From contig NW_002060979.1 of assembly GCF_000150275.1 (NCBI RefSeq), positions 218,612 to 282,611 of the forward strand: 64,000 nt of DNA. The letters are read 5' to 3'. The notes below the pieces were generated by a model. It was not told the DNA's origin and did no database searches. It saw only the letters and a program-made list of their open reading frames with translations. The position numbers and the translations under genes are program-made. The stretch comes from Trichoplax adhaerens (Eukaryota > Animalia > Placozoa). Of the stretch, positions 12,841-26,684 are shown one piece after another (the stretch's first letter is position 1; every line of letters starts with the position of its first letter).

Positions 12841-14390
12841 TCCCCCCCAAAAAAAGAAAGAGGGGGGGGGGGGGGAAATAGGCCAATATCCAGGTGGTCC
12901 CAGGGCTATGTGTAGAAGATTCCTTCTTGGCAGGCCTGTAGTGTACATGGACACCAATCGAGAGGAATCAGGGAATTGAAACAGTGCAGTAGGATAGAGA
13001 CTATTGTGTAGGTCAGTTTAGATTGTTGCCATTCTTGCTGCCTAGGCCATCGATGATCAATCTGCTTGTCCACAATGACAACGATCCAAACTGACCTGCA
13101 CAATAGAGTCAACAGACCGTGGTGTCAGCTACAGCGACGAGCAGTTAGTACCCTTTGTTACCACCCAACCAGTATCGTACTTGGGTTGGTTGAGTACCAG
13201 TATGTGTCACCACAGTTGGTGTCAATCACCGTACCGTTACGGTAATTGTACTGTACCGCCTTTTACTTGGTCCATGTTGAACAGACTGTCTTGTACCATC
13301 GTGCCCACCCTTAGTATTACACTGCCAAGCGTGGTCCATTACTAGGGTACGTATAACGTGTCGTGTCCAGTGTCTATACACACACTCTCGACTCAAGTAG
13401 TCTCAGCGTAACAATACAACGATCACTCACAAAACAAACAGACAGTAGCGACAGTGATCGTGCAGTACGTCGCTTCAAACACGTACCATACCAGCGCTTC
13501 ATTCCTGGTGTAGTACGTACCAATATCGAGCGTCAAGTGGAATCGGTATCGAGATACTGGCGGCTTTGTCAAGAACGCCCGAAAGCCAGGCCCCATCTTT
13601 ATATACAGACTACTGTTGAAAGAGACAAGGAGAGTTTGGATCTCAGTGAAGAGAGTGTTACTGTCATTGGGAGAAAAAGACGTCAAGAGAAGGAAAAAAA
13701 AACCAGAAGAAATTTTTCATTTTTTACAAGTTCAACAGGCAATTGTAGATCGAAACGACTTATTCTTGTCCAGTATCTTTCTATACAATTGCTAAAATCG
13801 AGCTTAGAGGAAAGATCTATCCAGGGTAAAGGATCCATGGTATCAAGTCAGGATCCATAGTACCATTGATGGTTAGGTCAATGCACTTTGCACCCAACAA
13901 TTTTTCAACCCACTTTGGACTATCGACAAAACAAAATTGATTATTTTAACGGACGAACTCAATGTAAGTACAAGATTGAATAAACTGTCGTTGAAATAGA
14001 CTAGTAATAGGACATTATTTCACTGAGTGGATTGGATTTACAGCGTAGGAAAATTTTGCAATGATCATTTTTTGCGATTATTGTTAGTGGGGAGAGAGAG
14101 TGAGAGCTTTCTACTACAGCGGTGTAGTTGTCTTGTTGGTCGGTCGGGCATCGATACAGTGTATCATACATGTCCATATTGAAGCTGTTTTAGACTAGAT
14201 GTTTTTTTCCCCGCTCTCCCGCACTACGTAATTCCCTTTCATGCTTAATGTACAATTGACTTTTTCTTATGTTGACTCACTCGATAGACTAGCGACATTT
14301 TCAAGTACAAAACGTGGCGGCGGCGGTATACCATTTATCCTATCCAAATTGTGGAAAATTGATTCAATCCAATTTTAAATTAGCAGTAAA
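12841..14390 (+). promoter_or_regulatory. Putative promoter / 5' UTR region of CELSR
   Basis: There is an abrupt shift from AT-rich to GC-richer, GTAC-rich sequence after a C7...G14 homopolymer pair. A candidate UTR intron has donor aat|gtaagt near 13964 and acceptor gatag| near 14287. It lies directly upstream of the ATG at 14391. Confidence 0.45.
13001..13106. repeat. Inverted repeat: 33-bp arms (29/33 complementary), 40-nt spacer
   Basis: ctattgtgtaggtcagtttagattgttgccatt (13001-13033) pairs with aatgacaacgatccaaactgacctgcacaatag (13074-13106). Confidence 0.9.
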
Positions 14391-17300
14391 ATGTCGTCGC
14401 TCAACTTCATCTATCGGTTAATGTGTTACATTATAGCGATCTCTCAATTATGTGCAAGTTGTCAAGGTATAATTGTCCATATTCAAGATAACTTGAAACA
14501 TGATACAGTAATTGTTGATCTGAATAGACAATTAAATAGCGTTCAAGCCGATTACCAACTACTTCCACTTGGTAATAATCATGCGGAAAATAATTTGTTT
14601 ACAATCCATGCTAAGACTGGCAAAATGATAACACGAAAAGATATTCGTTGTTCTGATTTAAAGTCCAATCCATTGTCTTATTTAATACGTTTACGTCCAA
14701 CAGGCTTATCCAGTCAAAAATTAACTCACTTAAACAAAAGATTAATACCCATCACCATTTATACTCATGGTAGCCGATGCCGACTTCAAGATGCAAGAAA
14801 AAAGATAATTAATACTAATTTTGCAACATTAAATCATCAAGGTGAGGCGTATTTATTCTTAGCCGAAATTTTCCCTGATGTTGCATTGAAACGTATCGTC
14901 GGCCAAGTTGAACCAGTTGAACGATCCGCACAACGCCATATCGTTTTAACACCCATTTCCAAACGAATTGTTAAAATTTATTGTAAGGCTTTAACGGATC
15001 CATCCAAGACTGCCTCATTATGTTCTCGTCCATTTCATTTACAAGTTGTTACACGTTATCAACGTTCATTAAATGTCAATTTTGCTAAAATTCACTTAAT
15101 GACAGATTATCAAATTAATACCAATCATGATCGACAGAATCAAAAGGTAATCAATCATCATCAACGACATCAATTAGTTGAATGGTATAATCGTTTACCA
15201 TCCAAGAATAATCCAATTCTGGAACATCATCGTAATCGACGTAGTATACGTTCCAAGCGTGATGTCATTGCGCCAGTATTTACTCAATCTTCTTATTCTA
15301 GTTCCATCTTTGAAAATGAACCATCTGGTACAACTGTTCTCACTGTTAGTGTTCGCGATAAAAGTGCACCCGGTTTAACGTATTCGATGGCTGCTGTCGG
15401 CGATTTAAGAAGTAACAGCTTATTTGGTATTAACTCAGTTAGTGGCGCTATCTATACTGTCAATTATTTAGATCGTGAAGAAATTGCAAAACATCAGTTT
15501 ACTGTTACCGCAACAGTAAACGATGGTACAACAACATTGTTTTCACGCGTATCCGTTACTATTGATGTACTTGATCGCAACGACAATGCACCACGATTTG
15601 AATCACCAAGTTATCAAGTTAGTATACCCGAAGATATCCCAATTGGTACTACTGCATTACAAGTGCGTGCTCAAGATAACGATGCTAGTAGTAATGCTCG
15701 TGTCACATATTCAATCGTTAATAGTGCCGGCATTAATTCAGCCTTTCGTGTCGGTGTTACATCCGGTGCAATTATTATCGATCGTAGTCTTGATCGTGAA
15801 ATAACCGATCGTTATCATTTAGAAATTCAAGCAACGGATAGTGGTACTACACCGAAATTTGCACGTTCTAATGTCACTATTATTGTCACTGATGTGAACG
15901 ATAATCCACCCCAATTTACACAAAAAAATTACAAAGTAACAATTGCTGAAGATGCTAAAATTAATACGTTAGTTACAACTGTGCGTGCTACCGATCCAGA
16001 TAATGATGATAACGCTGATATACGCTATAGTTTAGCTGGTCAGAATAAATTTACGATCAACCCAACCAATGGTCGGATTACATTAATTGCATCTCTCGAT
16101 TACGAACAACAACAAAGTTATACGTTAGATGTAACAGCTAAAGATCGCGGTAGACCATCACTATCGAATACTACAACAGTCGTTGTCTCGGTCACCGATG
16201 TTAATGACAATCAGCCTCGATTTAGTTCCAATGTATATCAAGCCAGTGTAAAAGAAGATATTCCCGTTGGTAGTAGTGTTTTACCTGTACATGCGTTTGA
16301 TGCTGATTCCGACCAAAATAAACAAGTACGTTACAGTATACAGCGAGGAAGTGAAGAAATTCCATTCAATGTTGACAGTGTCAGTGGTGTTATATCAACT
16401 GCTCGACCGTTAAATTATGAATCCAAAAGTCAATACAGCTTTTTTATCATTGCTACTGATGGTGGTACACCACCATTATCAAGTTCAGCACAAGTAACAG
16501 TTACCGTTGTGGATGTCAACGATAATGCACCTAAATTTCCCAAATCAATTTATAATGCCGATGTACGTGAAGATGAAAAAGTTGGCCGACAAATTGTTCA
16601 AGTAACAGCAACCGATGTCGACTCAAAAACGATCTATTACAGTATAGTATCAGGTACGTAGATGGTAATATTAATACACTTTTAAGTATCATTTTTTTCT
16701 TAATTGTATCTTATTACCGATTTATTTTTTCAGTTACCAAATTAACTGATACTAAAATTTTGTTGTACTGTACACTGGATTGTTATATTTTTCTATAAAT
16801 AAAGAGTATACAAATACAGTCTAGATACAGTTACTATACAGTATGGTGCTGTACATAGATAGAAGATAATAAATAATTCTTGATTGCCTTAATTAAGTTA
16901 ATATCGTTGTTAAAATGCATAATTTGCTTCAATATAAGAAATGTATAATTTCATTAATTGATGACTGTGACTTTGTCTACTTTTTTTTCTTTGTTCGATG
17001 ATTTTAAATAGACTTTATTCAATATTTTCTTGGTAGGTAACGTTCGTAGCCGATTTGGTATAGATCCACAAGGCTACATTTATTTAGCAGCACCAATTGA
17101 TTATCTCCGCGAAAAGGAATACACGTTAGTGGTTCAAGCGTCTGATTTACTGTTAAATAGTACAGCAACGGTTAAGATGAGAGTGATCGATACCAATAAT
17201 CATGCACCGACATTTGATCGAGCCTATACAGCTGATATCTATGAAGATACTGCCATCGGAACAGTTATTTTGACTGTGACCGCTAAAGATGCTGATGCAA

Positions 17301-20300
17301 ATGAGAATGCTCGATTAACGTATCGAATTGTAACTCCTGTACGTGAATTTAAAATTGATAGCAAGAGTGGTGCAATATCAATTGCTGCTGCCCTTGATCG
17401 GGAAACACGTAGCACTTTCTCGTTAGAAGTTAGAGCTAGTGACAACGGTGTACCGTCGCTGAGTGGCCGAACAGATGTGGTTATTTCAATCTTGGATTCT
17501 AACGATAATGCACCAGTGTTTTCACAACCATCTTACAATGCATCAATTGCCGAAGATGTTGAAATTGGTACAAGAGTACTACAAGTCGCCGCTACAGATA
17601 AAGATGAAGGCGTTAATCAACAAATCCATTTTGAATTAGCTGAAAATGAAAATGGTAATGGTACATTTGCAATTGATGGTTCAACTGGTGTTATACGTAC
17701 TGCTAAAGCATTAGATCGTGAAACTGTTCCAGAATATACTATTGTAGTAACTGCTATCGATAAAGGAAGACCTCCTAAGCATAGCTTTGCTACCGTTAAG
17801 ATAACTATAACTGATGTTAAAGATAGCCCACCAGAATTTTATCCAAAAGAGTATGATGCATACTTACCGGAAAATTCACCTGCTGGAACAACTGTTGTCC
17901 AATTGAATGCTACTAGTAAAGATGAAGGGACAAATGCTTTCATTACTTATGAAGCTACTAGTGGATTTGAACCACGCATATTCCATGTTAATAGTAGTAA
18001 TGGTGTTGTAACAACATTGCGACCATTAGATTTTGAAATACGACGCACGTATCAAATAAGGGTTCGAGCACAGTCACCACCATTTTTTACCGAAACAACG
18101 GTAACAATCCATATTATTGATGTTAATGATAATCCGCCAACAATCCAAAATTATACCTTTTTGCTTAATTACTTTCCTGATTATTATCCAACAGCAAGCG
18201 TTGGTAAATTGAATGCTACCGATCCTGATATATCAGATACATTAACATTTGCCATCATTCAAGGTAACAATGATCGTTTGCTACAATTAAATCGTACTAG
18301 TGGTGAAATATACTTATCACCAAGTGCTGGTAATGTTCAAGAATCTCGTCAAATGACAATATCAGTTAGTGATGGAATCCATGTCGCTAGATCAACATTA
18401 AGTCTTAAAGTGATTGCTGTTACATCGGATACATTAAAAAATATTGCTGTTCTCCGTTTTACTAATATTTTACCGGAAACTTTTATTACCAATATGACAT
18501 CATTATTAACTAATACTATTGCTGGCATTATGCGCTGCCAATCTCGCGATATCTATATTTTAAATGTTCAACAAGATGATGTCGCTGGTCAAAATATTTT
18601 AAATGTAACTATCTCAGGTTGGGATCGTACCAATAATCGATATTACTTACAAAATTACTTTCGTGATAGTATCTATATTTATCGAGAGCAGTTATTAGCA
18701 AAAGGTTTTAACTTACTCCCGTTTGATGGTGGTTATTGCTTGCCACAACCATGCAGTCCAAATTATGATTGTGTTGTTAATTTTGGAGCTTCACTTGATA
18801 ATGCAGTTGTTTCGACACCTAAGATCATTGTCCGTAACATTAGACAAGCTAAACGTTATGCTTGTGAATGTCCTGTTGGGTATACCGGTTTACGTTGTAA
18901 TAGAATGCGTAATTTATGCCGTTCTAATCCATGTGGCAACAATGGCAAATGTGTCAATATCGAAAATGGGTATACTTGTATATGTAACAGTGGTTATGCT
19001 GGTATTAACTGTGAAATTGGCTCATGTGCAAGTCAACCGTGTAAGAATGGTGCTTCATGTGTTGAAAATGCTAATGGGCAGGGATTTTATTGCACATGCC
19101 CAAAGTATTACGGTGGACCACTATGTGATGCTATCGAAAGAAGTTTCCCTGGTAATTCTTACGTTACTGTTGGGGGTATTAAACAAAGATGGCGTTTAGA
19201 AATTTCTGTACAATTTGCAACAATCCACGACAACGGCTTATTGTTATATAACGGTCGATATAATCATCGAGGTGATTATTTAGCGCTTGAACTTATTAAT
19301 GGTAAAGTTCGATTATCGTTTTCAACTGGAACTGATAAATATAGTGCGACAGCAAATATTGAAGGAAATGTTAACGATGGTAAATGGCACACTGTATCCG
19401 TTAAATACCTGAATCAAGTTGCTAGTGTATCAATTGATTACTGCGATACAGATTTAGCTATAAGATATGGCTCAACAATTGGTAACTATTCATGTGCAGC
19501 TACTACTTTAAGCCAAGATCAAGGCAAGTCACTTGATGTTACAGCACCATTACAAATTGGTGGTGTACCTACTATAAGGGATACTTATCCAATGGCATTT
19601 AAGAAAAATGATTTTGTTGGTTGTATTAGAAATTTGTACATCAATAGCAAGTTAATTCCATTAGACAATTTTTATGTCAACAATGGTAGTGTTATTGGTT
19701 GCCGTCAGACGGATCAACGTTGTCAGGGTGGTTCGATTTCACCTTGTTCATCTGGTGCTGAATGTGTTGATGTTTATGATGGATTCAGGTGCCGATGCCC
19801 TGCAAATATTGGAGGAAAAACATGTCAAGACAGTAAGCAATGTAGTAGATTGTATTTATTTTTAATTCTAAATTATTAATGCATTTTCATGTTGTAGATG
19901 GTTACAGTATTGTTCTAACTACTTTACACACGTATCGTCTAATTTGGATGCTTTTATGTTATAATAGCTATTGTCCGTACTTGGAGATTTACCGATCAAA
20001 GCATTATTATTTATCCTTTACCACCACTGCAAAACACTATTACGGCACCATGGTCACTATCACTGATATTTCGTACACGGTTGAGGAATGCATATCTTAG
20101 TTATATGACAGATAGTCAGCGCGATATTGTACTGATGGTATGCTAAATTATAACATATTATTATTTTACATACGCAGTTTGCTTTTAATATGTGTAGTGT
20201 ATAGTAGTCATAACAGTAAACGCAATCCTATGGTATGACCGTTGTTTAAGAATTACATTTATTTTATATTTTTCAAGATTGAGAATGGACTATTAAAATA

Positions 20301-23300
20301 TAAATTTGGAAATTATGAGACCGTGGTGAAGTATATTCGGGTTAACGATGGAGAATGGCATGAAGCTAGAATTGAATGGGAAAAAAGTGGAGTTTTTCTA
20401 AAACTTGATTATAATAGGTATCTGAAATTAGCCTATATTAAAATATTTTCTTTTAATTTATACTGCTGAACCTTGATTGTATAATATCAAATAATGATAG
20501 ATTATTATTTTTGATAATATAATTTATTGTCTTGCCTTTTTACCAGTTATCAAGCGTCATTTCAACTAGATCTTTCTCGACCAGTTCAAATTAATCAAAT
20601 TATGTTTGGTGGGAATCGTGTGATTAATAGTTCAACAAGTATTGCTACTATTCAAAATGGTTTCGACGGATGTATGCAAGGCATAGCAATTAATGATCGA
20701 CAAATTGCTGTAACAAGTTTTACTGTTCAACAAAACGTTGGAGCTAATTGTAATATTGGTAATCCTTGTGCTTCTAATCCTTGCCCCTCACAAAGTTCAT
20801 GCGTCGCGGAGTGGAATCGCTACACTTGCAAATGCAGCACTGGTTATGTTGGTCCAAAATGTATCAGTGCATGCAGTCTTAATCCTTGTAAAAATAATGG
20901 ACGATGTGTAATGAATGTAAATGTACATTATGGCTATGAGTAAGTTTAATTGGGTTAAACTATTAAATTAGAAGATTTTTACATGATTTGTTGTTAGTGA
21001 AAAGTAAACCTTCATATTTATTTATCACCTGGTTCGGTCTGATATAGATGCCAATGTAATAAAGGATTTCAAGGTCGATTTTGCGAAACTCAATTTGGTG
21101 ATAAGTGCCAACCAGGTGAATTCGGTACACCAGGATTTTGTGAACCTTGTGCGTGTGACAGAAACAAAAATTTTTCTCACATTTGTAATATTACAAGTGG
21201 TGAATGCATATGTGAGGTTGGTCCTTTTGGATTGTATTGCTATACTAGCGTGTAATTCTTGTTAAAAGTTTGGAGAAACATACATATTTATTGAGAAAAG
21301 CAATTTTTAAATTTAATTTAGGACAAGTATTGGAAAGATTCTAATTTAGATAGTTGTAGACCATGCGATTGTTACCAATACGGTTCCACTTCACCAATTT
21401 GTGATAAAAAGACCGGCTCTTGCACCTGTAGACCAGGCGTTACAGGGGATAAATGTAACTTGTGTGTAAATAAAACGTCAGAAATTTCAACTGATGGTGG
21501 TTATGGATGCCGAGGTAGCTATTTGTTAAAAAATAGTTGACTTAGCGTTATAAGTTTAACTAAATGCCTTAATAGGAATAATTTCAATTACATTACTGTT
21601 AGAATAATTTTATCTCACAAATAATTGTATGTTAATTGTAGTTGTTAGAGGTGCTTGTCCTAGATCATTTAGTGGTGGCTTGTGGTGGAATAGATCACGA
21701 TTTAATGCTACCATTACCATGGATTGTCCTAATGGTGCCTCAGGTATCATATGTCGTATTATTGCGACATAATGTAATATAGACTATTTTTTACGTACTA
21801 TTTTGACGTTGTTAATTATTGATTTAGGAAAAGCAAGTCGTGTCTGTAATGAAAGTACAAGTTGGCAAGATCCAGATACATCAGCATGCACTAGTAGAGT
21901 GTACTTACGTTTACAAAGCCAGGTACAATGTGTTATAAAATCGTGGATGCAATAATTTGTAAAATTTAATGCTAGATGAAAACTAGTTGATTTAACAGGT
22001 TTATTGATTAGTATAACTTCGCATTTACAGTTTGATGGCTACAAACAAAACCCAACATTTACTGGTCTACAAGCGGTATTGAATGATTTAAATCAGCAGT
22101 TGAAGACGTCAGGACTGTCATTTGAGCATGATATCAACATCTGCCTTGATGTAGTAAATAATGCCCTATCTTACGGTCGCCAACTATTGGGACGTAGCAA
22201 TCAACGAGCCAACACTAATGAAGTCAACACAATTACAGAGAAGTCATTTAATGCTATCAGTGAACTACTATCACGTAACAATTTAGATAAATGGAGTAAA
22301 AAGAGTAACAGAAGTTCCACTTTATTGTCATCAGTAAATGATTATACCAACGACCTTGGTAAAGCATATATTAAAGATAAGAGTATCAATAATGCTATTA
22401 CGTATCCGAATGTTATGATGCGAATTGAAGAAATTATTGTATCACAGTACAACGGTTTAACTTTGCCAAGGCCTAGCGATTCTGGTAGCGTATCTAACAT
22501 TACTGACCGAATTTCTTTACCGAATGACTTAGTTAAGAAAGGAAGTTCGGACGAATCGGTGCCCATTGTATATTTAAAATTTGATACGATTGGTCAATTA
22601 TTGCCTGGAAAGTCTGATGTTGTGGCTCCATATGATATAATGGTAACTAGTACAGTATTATCGTGTAAAGTCGTTGGGGTCGATACATCATCATTGAGTT
22701 CTCCTATTACTCTGACTCTGTCTAATACCAAAAAAGTATCAAACGTGCAAGCACATGAATGCGTTTACTGGAAAAAGGATCTTAAGCTAACAGAGGGTGG
22801 ACGTTGGTCAACAGATGGCTGTTCATTGATTTCACGCGATTCGAGCAAAACTGTTTGCCAATGTAATCACTTGACAGACTTTGGTGTTTTGTCAAGGTAT
22901 AGGTCGAAACCTTTGCCTAGTGTCACACCTATCAAACTTGAGCTAGTTACGTATATTGGTATTGGGATATCGTTATTATTGCTAGTGTCGGTATTCTTAT
23001 GTTTAACGGTTATGAGAAGTGTCAATGGTAGTACTAATACGATCCATTGTCATATTTTAATTAATTTAATACTTGTTGAATCGCTATTCTTAATTGGAAT
23101 TACGCAAACTGCATCGACGATGATCTGCATTGCCATTTCGACATTGTTACACTTCTTTCTACTTGTTGTTTTTTCGTGGATTTGTATTGAAAGTATTTAT
23201 ATGTATCGTAAATTGAAAGAGACTAAGAAAACTACCAAGTGCCATTTATTGTTTTGCTTATTACCGGGTTATGGTAAGTTGTTTAATAGGAGTATTTTAT

Positions 23301-25679
23301 ACGGTTAGATATGAAAATTTATTTTACTTATTGATTCAATACTGGTACCGTTGCATCAACATATACCATATAGTAAAACGTGATACATTATTTTATTTCG
23401 ACGTTAGGATTAATTTGTTGACATCTCTTCTTGTCTGCGTAATAGGTATTCCGGCGGCAATTGCAACTGCCACTACGGCCATTTCATTAAGTTATTATCA
23501 TAACAAACGATATTGCTGGCTCTCGGTTGAACATGGTTTAATATGGAGTTTGGGATGTCCAGCAGCATGTATTATTGGTATTAGTTTGGTATTCTTTTGC
23601 CTAACGTACCATAAAATAAGATTTAGATCAAATTCAATGACACGATGGAACAGAAAAGAGATCGACAGTGATAAATTTGATTTAAGATCAGGAATGCTTA
23701 TATTACTCTTTATCACAGCTGCTTGGGTATTTGGTGTAATTGCTGTTCAGAATGAGACAGTTTATTTTCAATATATTTTTACTATGGTCAACTTCATTAA
23801 AAGTGCGTGCATATTAATATGCTACTGTATTAGCAATGAATCTGTAAGAAGCGAACTCTCTGCACGCCTCTGTGGTAGAGAAGGAACATACTATACTGGC
23901 ACAATTGATAAAGGTCAGTTGAATGGGCATCGAAGTAACGGATTAAATGGACATTTCAATGGTCGGATTGATACTAGTCGTGGCCACGGATTCGCTGGAC
24001 CAAATGCTTATCCTGTTGCTCGATCTTATGATCATGTTGATGGCAGTAATGTTCTTGGTGTACCCGATAATGAGGCATGGAGAGAATTTACTGATGCATA
24101 TGAAAAATCAGCGATAGCTGCTGATGGCGATAGTGTTGGTTCAAGTTCTGAAGAAGAAGATGTCAGAGAAGTATTAGAACAGAATTATGCGTCGACATCA
24201 TCAGATGATGAAAAAGGAAATTGGAAAGCACCTAGTCGGCAGGCATCTGTGCCGCCGAATCAAGACGGTAGTAGAAGCGCTACTCCATCAGGGTCTCAGG
24301 TTGATAAATCACAGGAATCAGTCAGCGTTCATTCGTCCAAGGAATCACTACACTCGCATGAGCCACAGGTATTACTGCGTCAAAATCAATTGATACCAGC
24401 AAGGAGCTCTTCACATGTGTACTCTACCATCGATGAAACTATGTTAGAACCGACATCACCGGTATCGCCTGTTTCTCCGAAAAATAAAGTTATTGCTAAG
24501 GGTTCAGAGAAAGTTGTTGTACGTAACAACGTACCGACGTCGTTTAGTTTCCAGGAGGATAGGATCAATCCTCCTAATTGTCGAAGTAATCCACCAGCAA
24601 ATAAGCGCCCTGGCTCTAGCTTTTCTGGAATGCAACCTCCACTGGCTATCGAAGAAGATGAAGATGACGATATGGAAGTCACTTCGTTAGTTTAGATTCG
24701 CTTTTTCTTTTTACGTGTTTGCTTTTAACGTGTTTTGTGATGCTTACTTTATATTTTTATTTTCTTTTTTCCTATGTTAATTGTAACAGCTTTCCAAACA
24801 AATCCTATGATAAGCAACAGCATGCACAACCTCCTCGTAGTATATACGCGAAATCTTCCGTTGCTCACCAGAATGAAGCTAGCATGATGCCCGGTGGACC
24901 TCGGCATCTGTAAGTATGATATACAAGAGTGAATGTGTACTGATATAAGTAATTAATGTTACAGCTACTAATTTTTACTAATATAGCCATATCGGGTCTT
25001 TATACACATAAATTATAGAATATACGTATATTAGTGTTTCCTTTGAATATGTAGAAGCGCCTATCGTTAATGATATTATGTAGCGAATTCGAGTAGCGAC
25101 GCAGTAGATTAAAAATAGTTAAAGTCGTACGTAACAAATAATTAATCAAAAGCTATATGGTGACTTGACACAATTTGTATGCTTGATTTATGATAATAGT
25201 GTTCCCAAACCACCCATGCGCAAGGGACATCCACAACCACCACCTAGATCCAATCCGGTTAAGCCAATGCGTCAACAAGCGTCGCTTTCCACTTTTGATG
25301 CGGAATCAGCTGTTTCGAGTCAAGGAAGACCTAGTCAGAGATCACGACATGGCAATGGCCCTGTTGCTGTTCAACATAGTGTATCAGATGCGGCTATTTC
25401 ATTCCATAATAATCTTTCTTCTAGTGGTGAATTACGAAATTCTAAGCAAAATGATCTCCATCGGTCCTCACACTCGCTAACATCTTCTAATGGTTCTGAT
25501 GCTATAGCAATTGCTGTAAGGCGTGGTTCATCATCAACAAAGTAAGTATTAAGTTCATTTATTAAATTTTTATTATCGCAGTGCACTACAATAGTTAATT
25601 CGAATTTCATTAGTGAGTAACATCATTCTTGTTCTTCTGTTCTTATTCTAGTCGAAGCGCTCATGAAACATCTTTATAG
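14391..25679 (+). CDS. CELSR: Flamingo/CELSR cadherin EGF LAG seven-pass G-type receptor (adhesion GPCR), 14 predicted coding exons
   Basis: Domains in order: signal peptide; prodomain ending RNRRSIRSKR; about 9 cadherin repeats (LDRE/LDYE, DxNDNxP); EGF repeats; two laminin-G domains; laminin-EGF; HRM (CPRSFSGGLWW...CPNG...C...W); GAIN/GPS (CVYW...WSTDGC...CQCNHLTDF); 7TM; acidic Ser-rich tail. Exons: 14391-16653, 17037-19832, 19968-20137, 20278-20417, 20547-20939, 21048-21216, 21322-21514, 21642-21743, 21828-21922, 22031-23273, 23446-24685, 24790-24909, 25200-25541, 25652-25679. All are GT-AG and phase-consistent. Confidence 0.97.
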
Positions 25680-26684
25680 AGAGCACTTTAACAATAACAT
25701 CCTAACCAAGTATTGCTTCAAATGGTGTATAAGTTATTTCATTATACTTTATTTTAGCTTAGATTACAGTTTTTACAATATTGGTAATCCATTATGTTAC
25801 CTTAAATTTTTCATTACTGTAAATGCTGATAAAGTTTTTTACTAGTTAATGTTAATTTTCGATGGCTATGAAAAGGGAAAGTAGAAACTTATTCATATCG
25901 GTATTAATAATGAATTCAATTCATAAAAATTTTGCAAGATTTGTGAAAATATCTATTAGTTAGCTAATATCTACATGGCGATACAACTCTATAGCTGGAA
26001 TTTAATGAAATGATATAGTATTCGCTTGGTCATGCTTACTTGATGACTATAATATAAATTCATGTTTTTTTGTAATCCAGCAGTTAGTGCTGTCTTTGCT
26101 AACAAATTTATTGCGATATGCTAGTAACTCCGTTTACGTTAACATAACGAAATAGGTAGATTTATTATTCGGAAGACCCAATAACGCAAAATTGACATCA
26201 ATAGTAAATTGGGTAGATTTTTAATGTCGTTACTTTTTATGAAATACTTTTGTTACTCAAGTTATCTGTAAATATTTTGTACAAACAGATGTAAGATTTA
26301 GTCTACCTTTATCAGACTAAGAAAAAAGTTTTTACCTAGTAATTCATTGCAAATATTAATAAAAATTTTAACTGAGCTTCCTTTTACAAATAGAACATAG
26401 CTTGTCTTTATTTTGTAAAATGTTAACAAATTAATTCTCAATTTTATCATTTCCAATTAAATTGAATTTTAGTCAAAAATATACAAAAGTTCCATCAGTT
26501 CTAGTATCAATGTTGCTTTCAATTAAAATGACGAATGTACAAATTATGATAACTCACAGTCGATAATATAATATTTAATTTTAATCGGTCAGTTACAATA
26601 GAATACGAAATTACACCAGTTAGGAGGAATACACTGAAATTGAGTGTAGATATTCATTGAATCACATTTTTTATTCATAGTTTG

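Noticed and set aside
13363-13860. 165-aa ORF (and the antisense 87-aa ORF) upstream of CELSR
   Set aside because: Non-ATG start and no recognisable domain. It lies in a GC-richer promoter/5' UTR segment where stop codons are rarer.
15178-25610. Several short alternative-frame and antisense ORFs inside CELSR
   Set aside because: They are shadows of the real coding exons, with no independent motifs or splice support.
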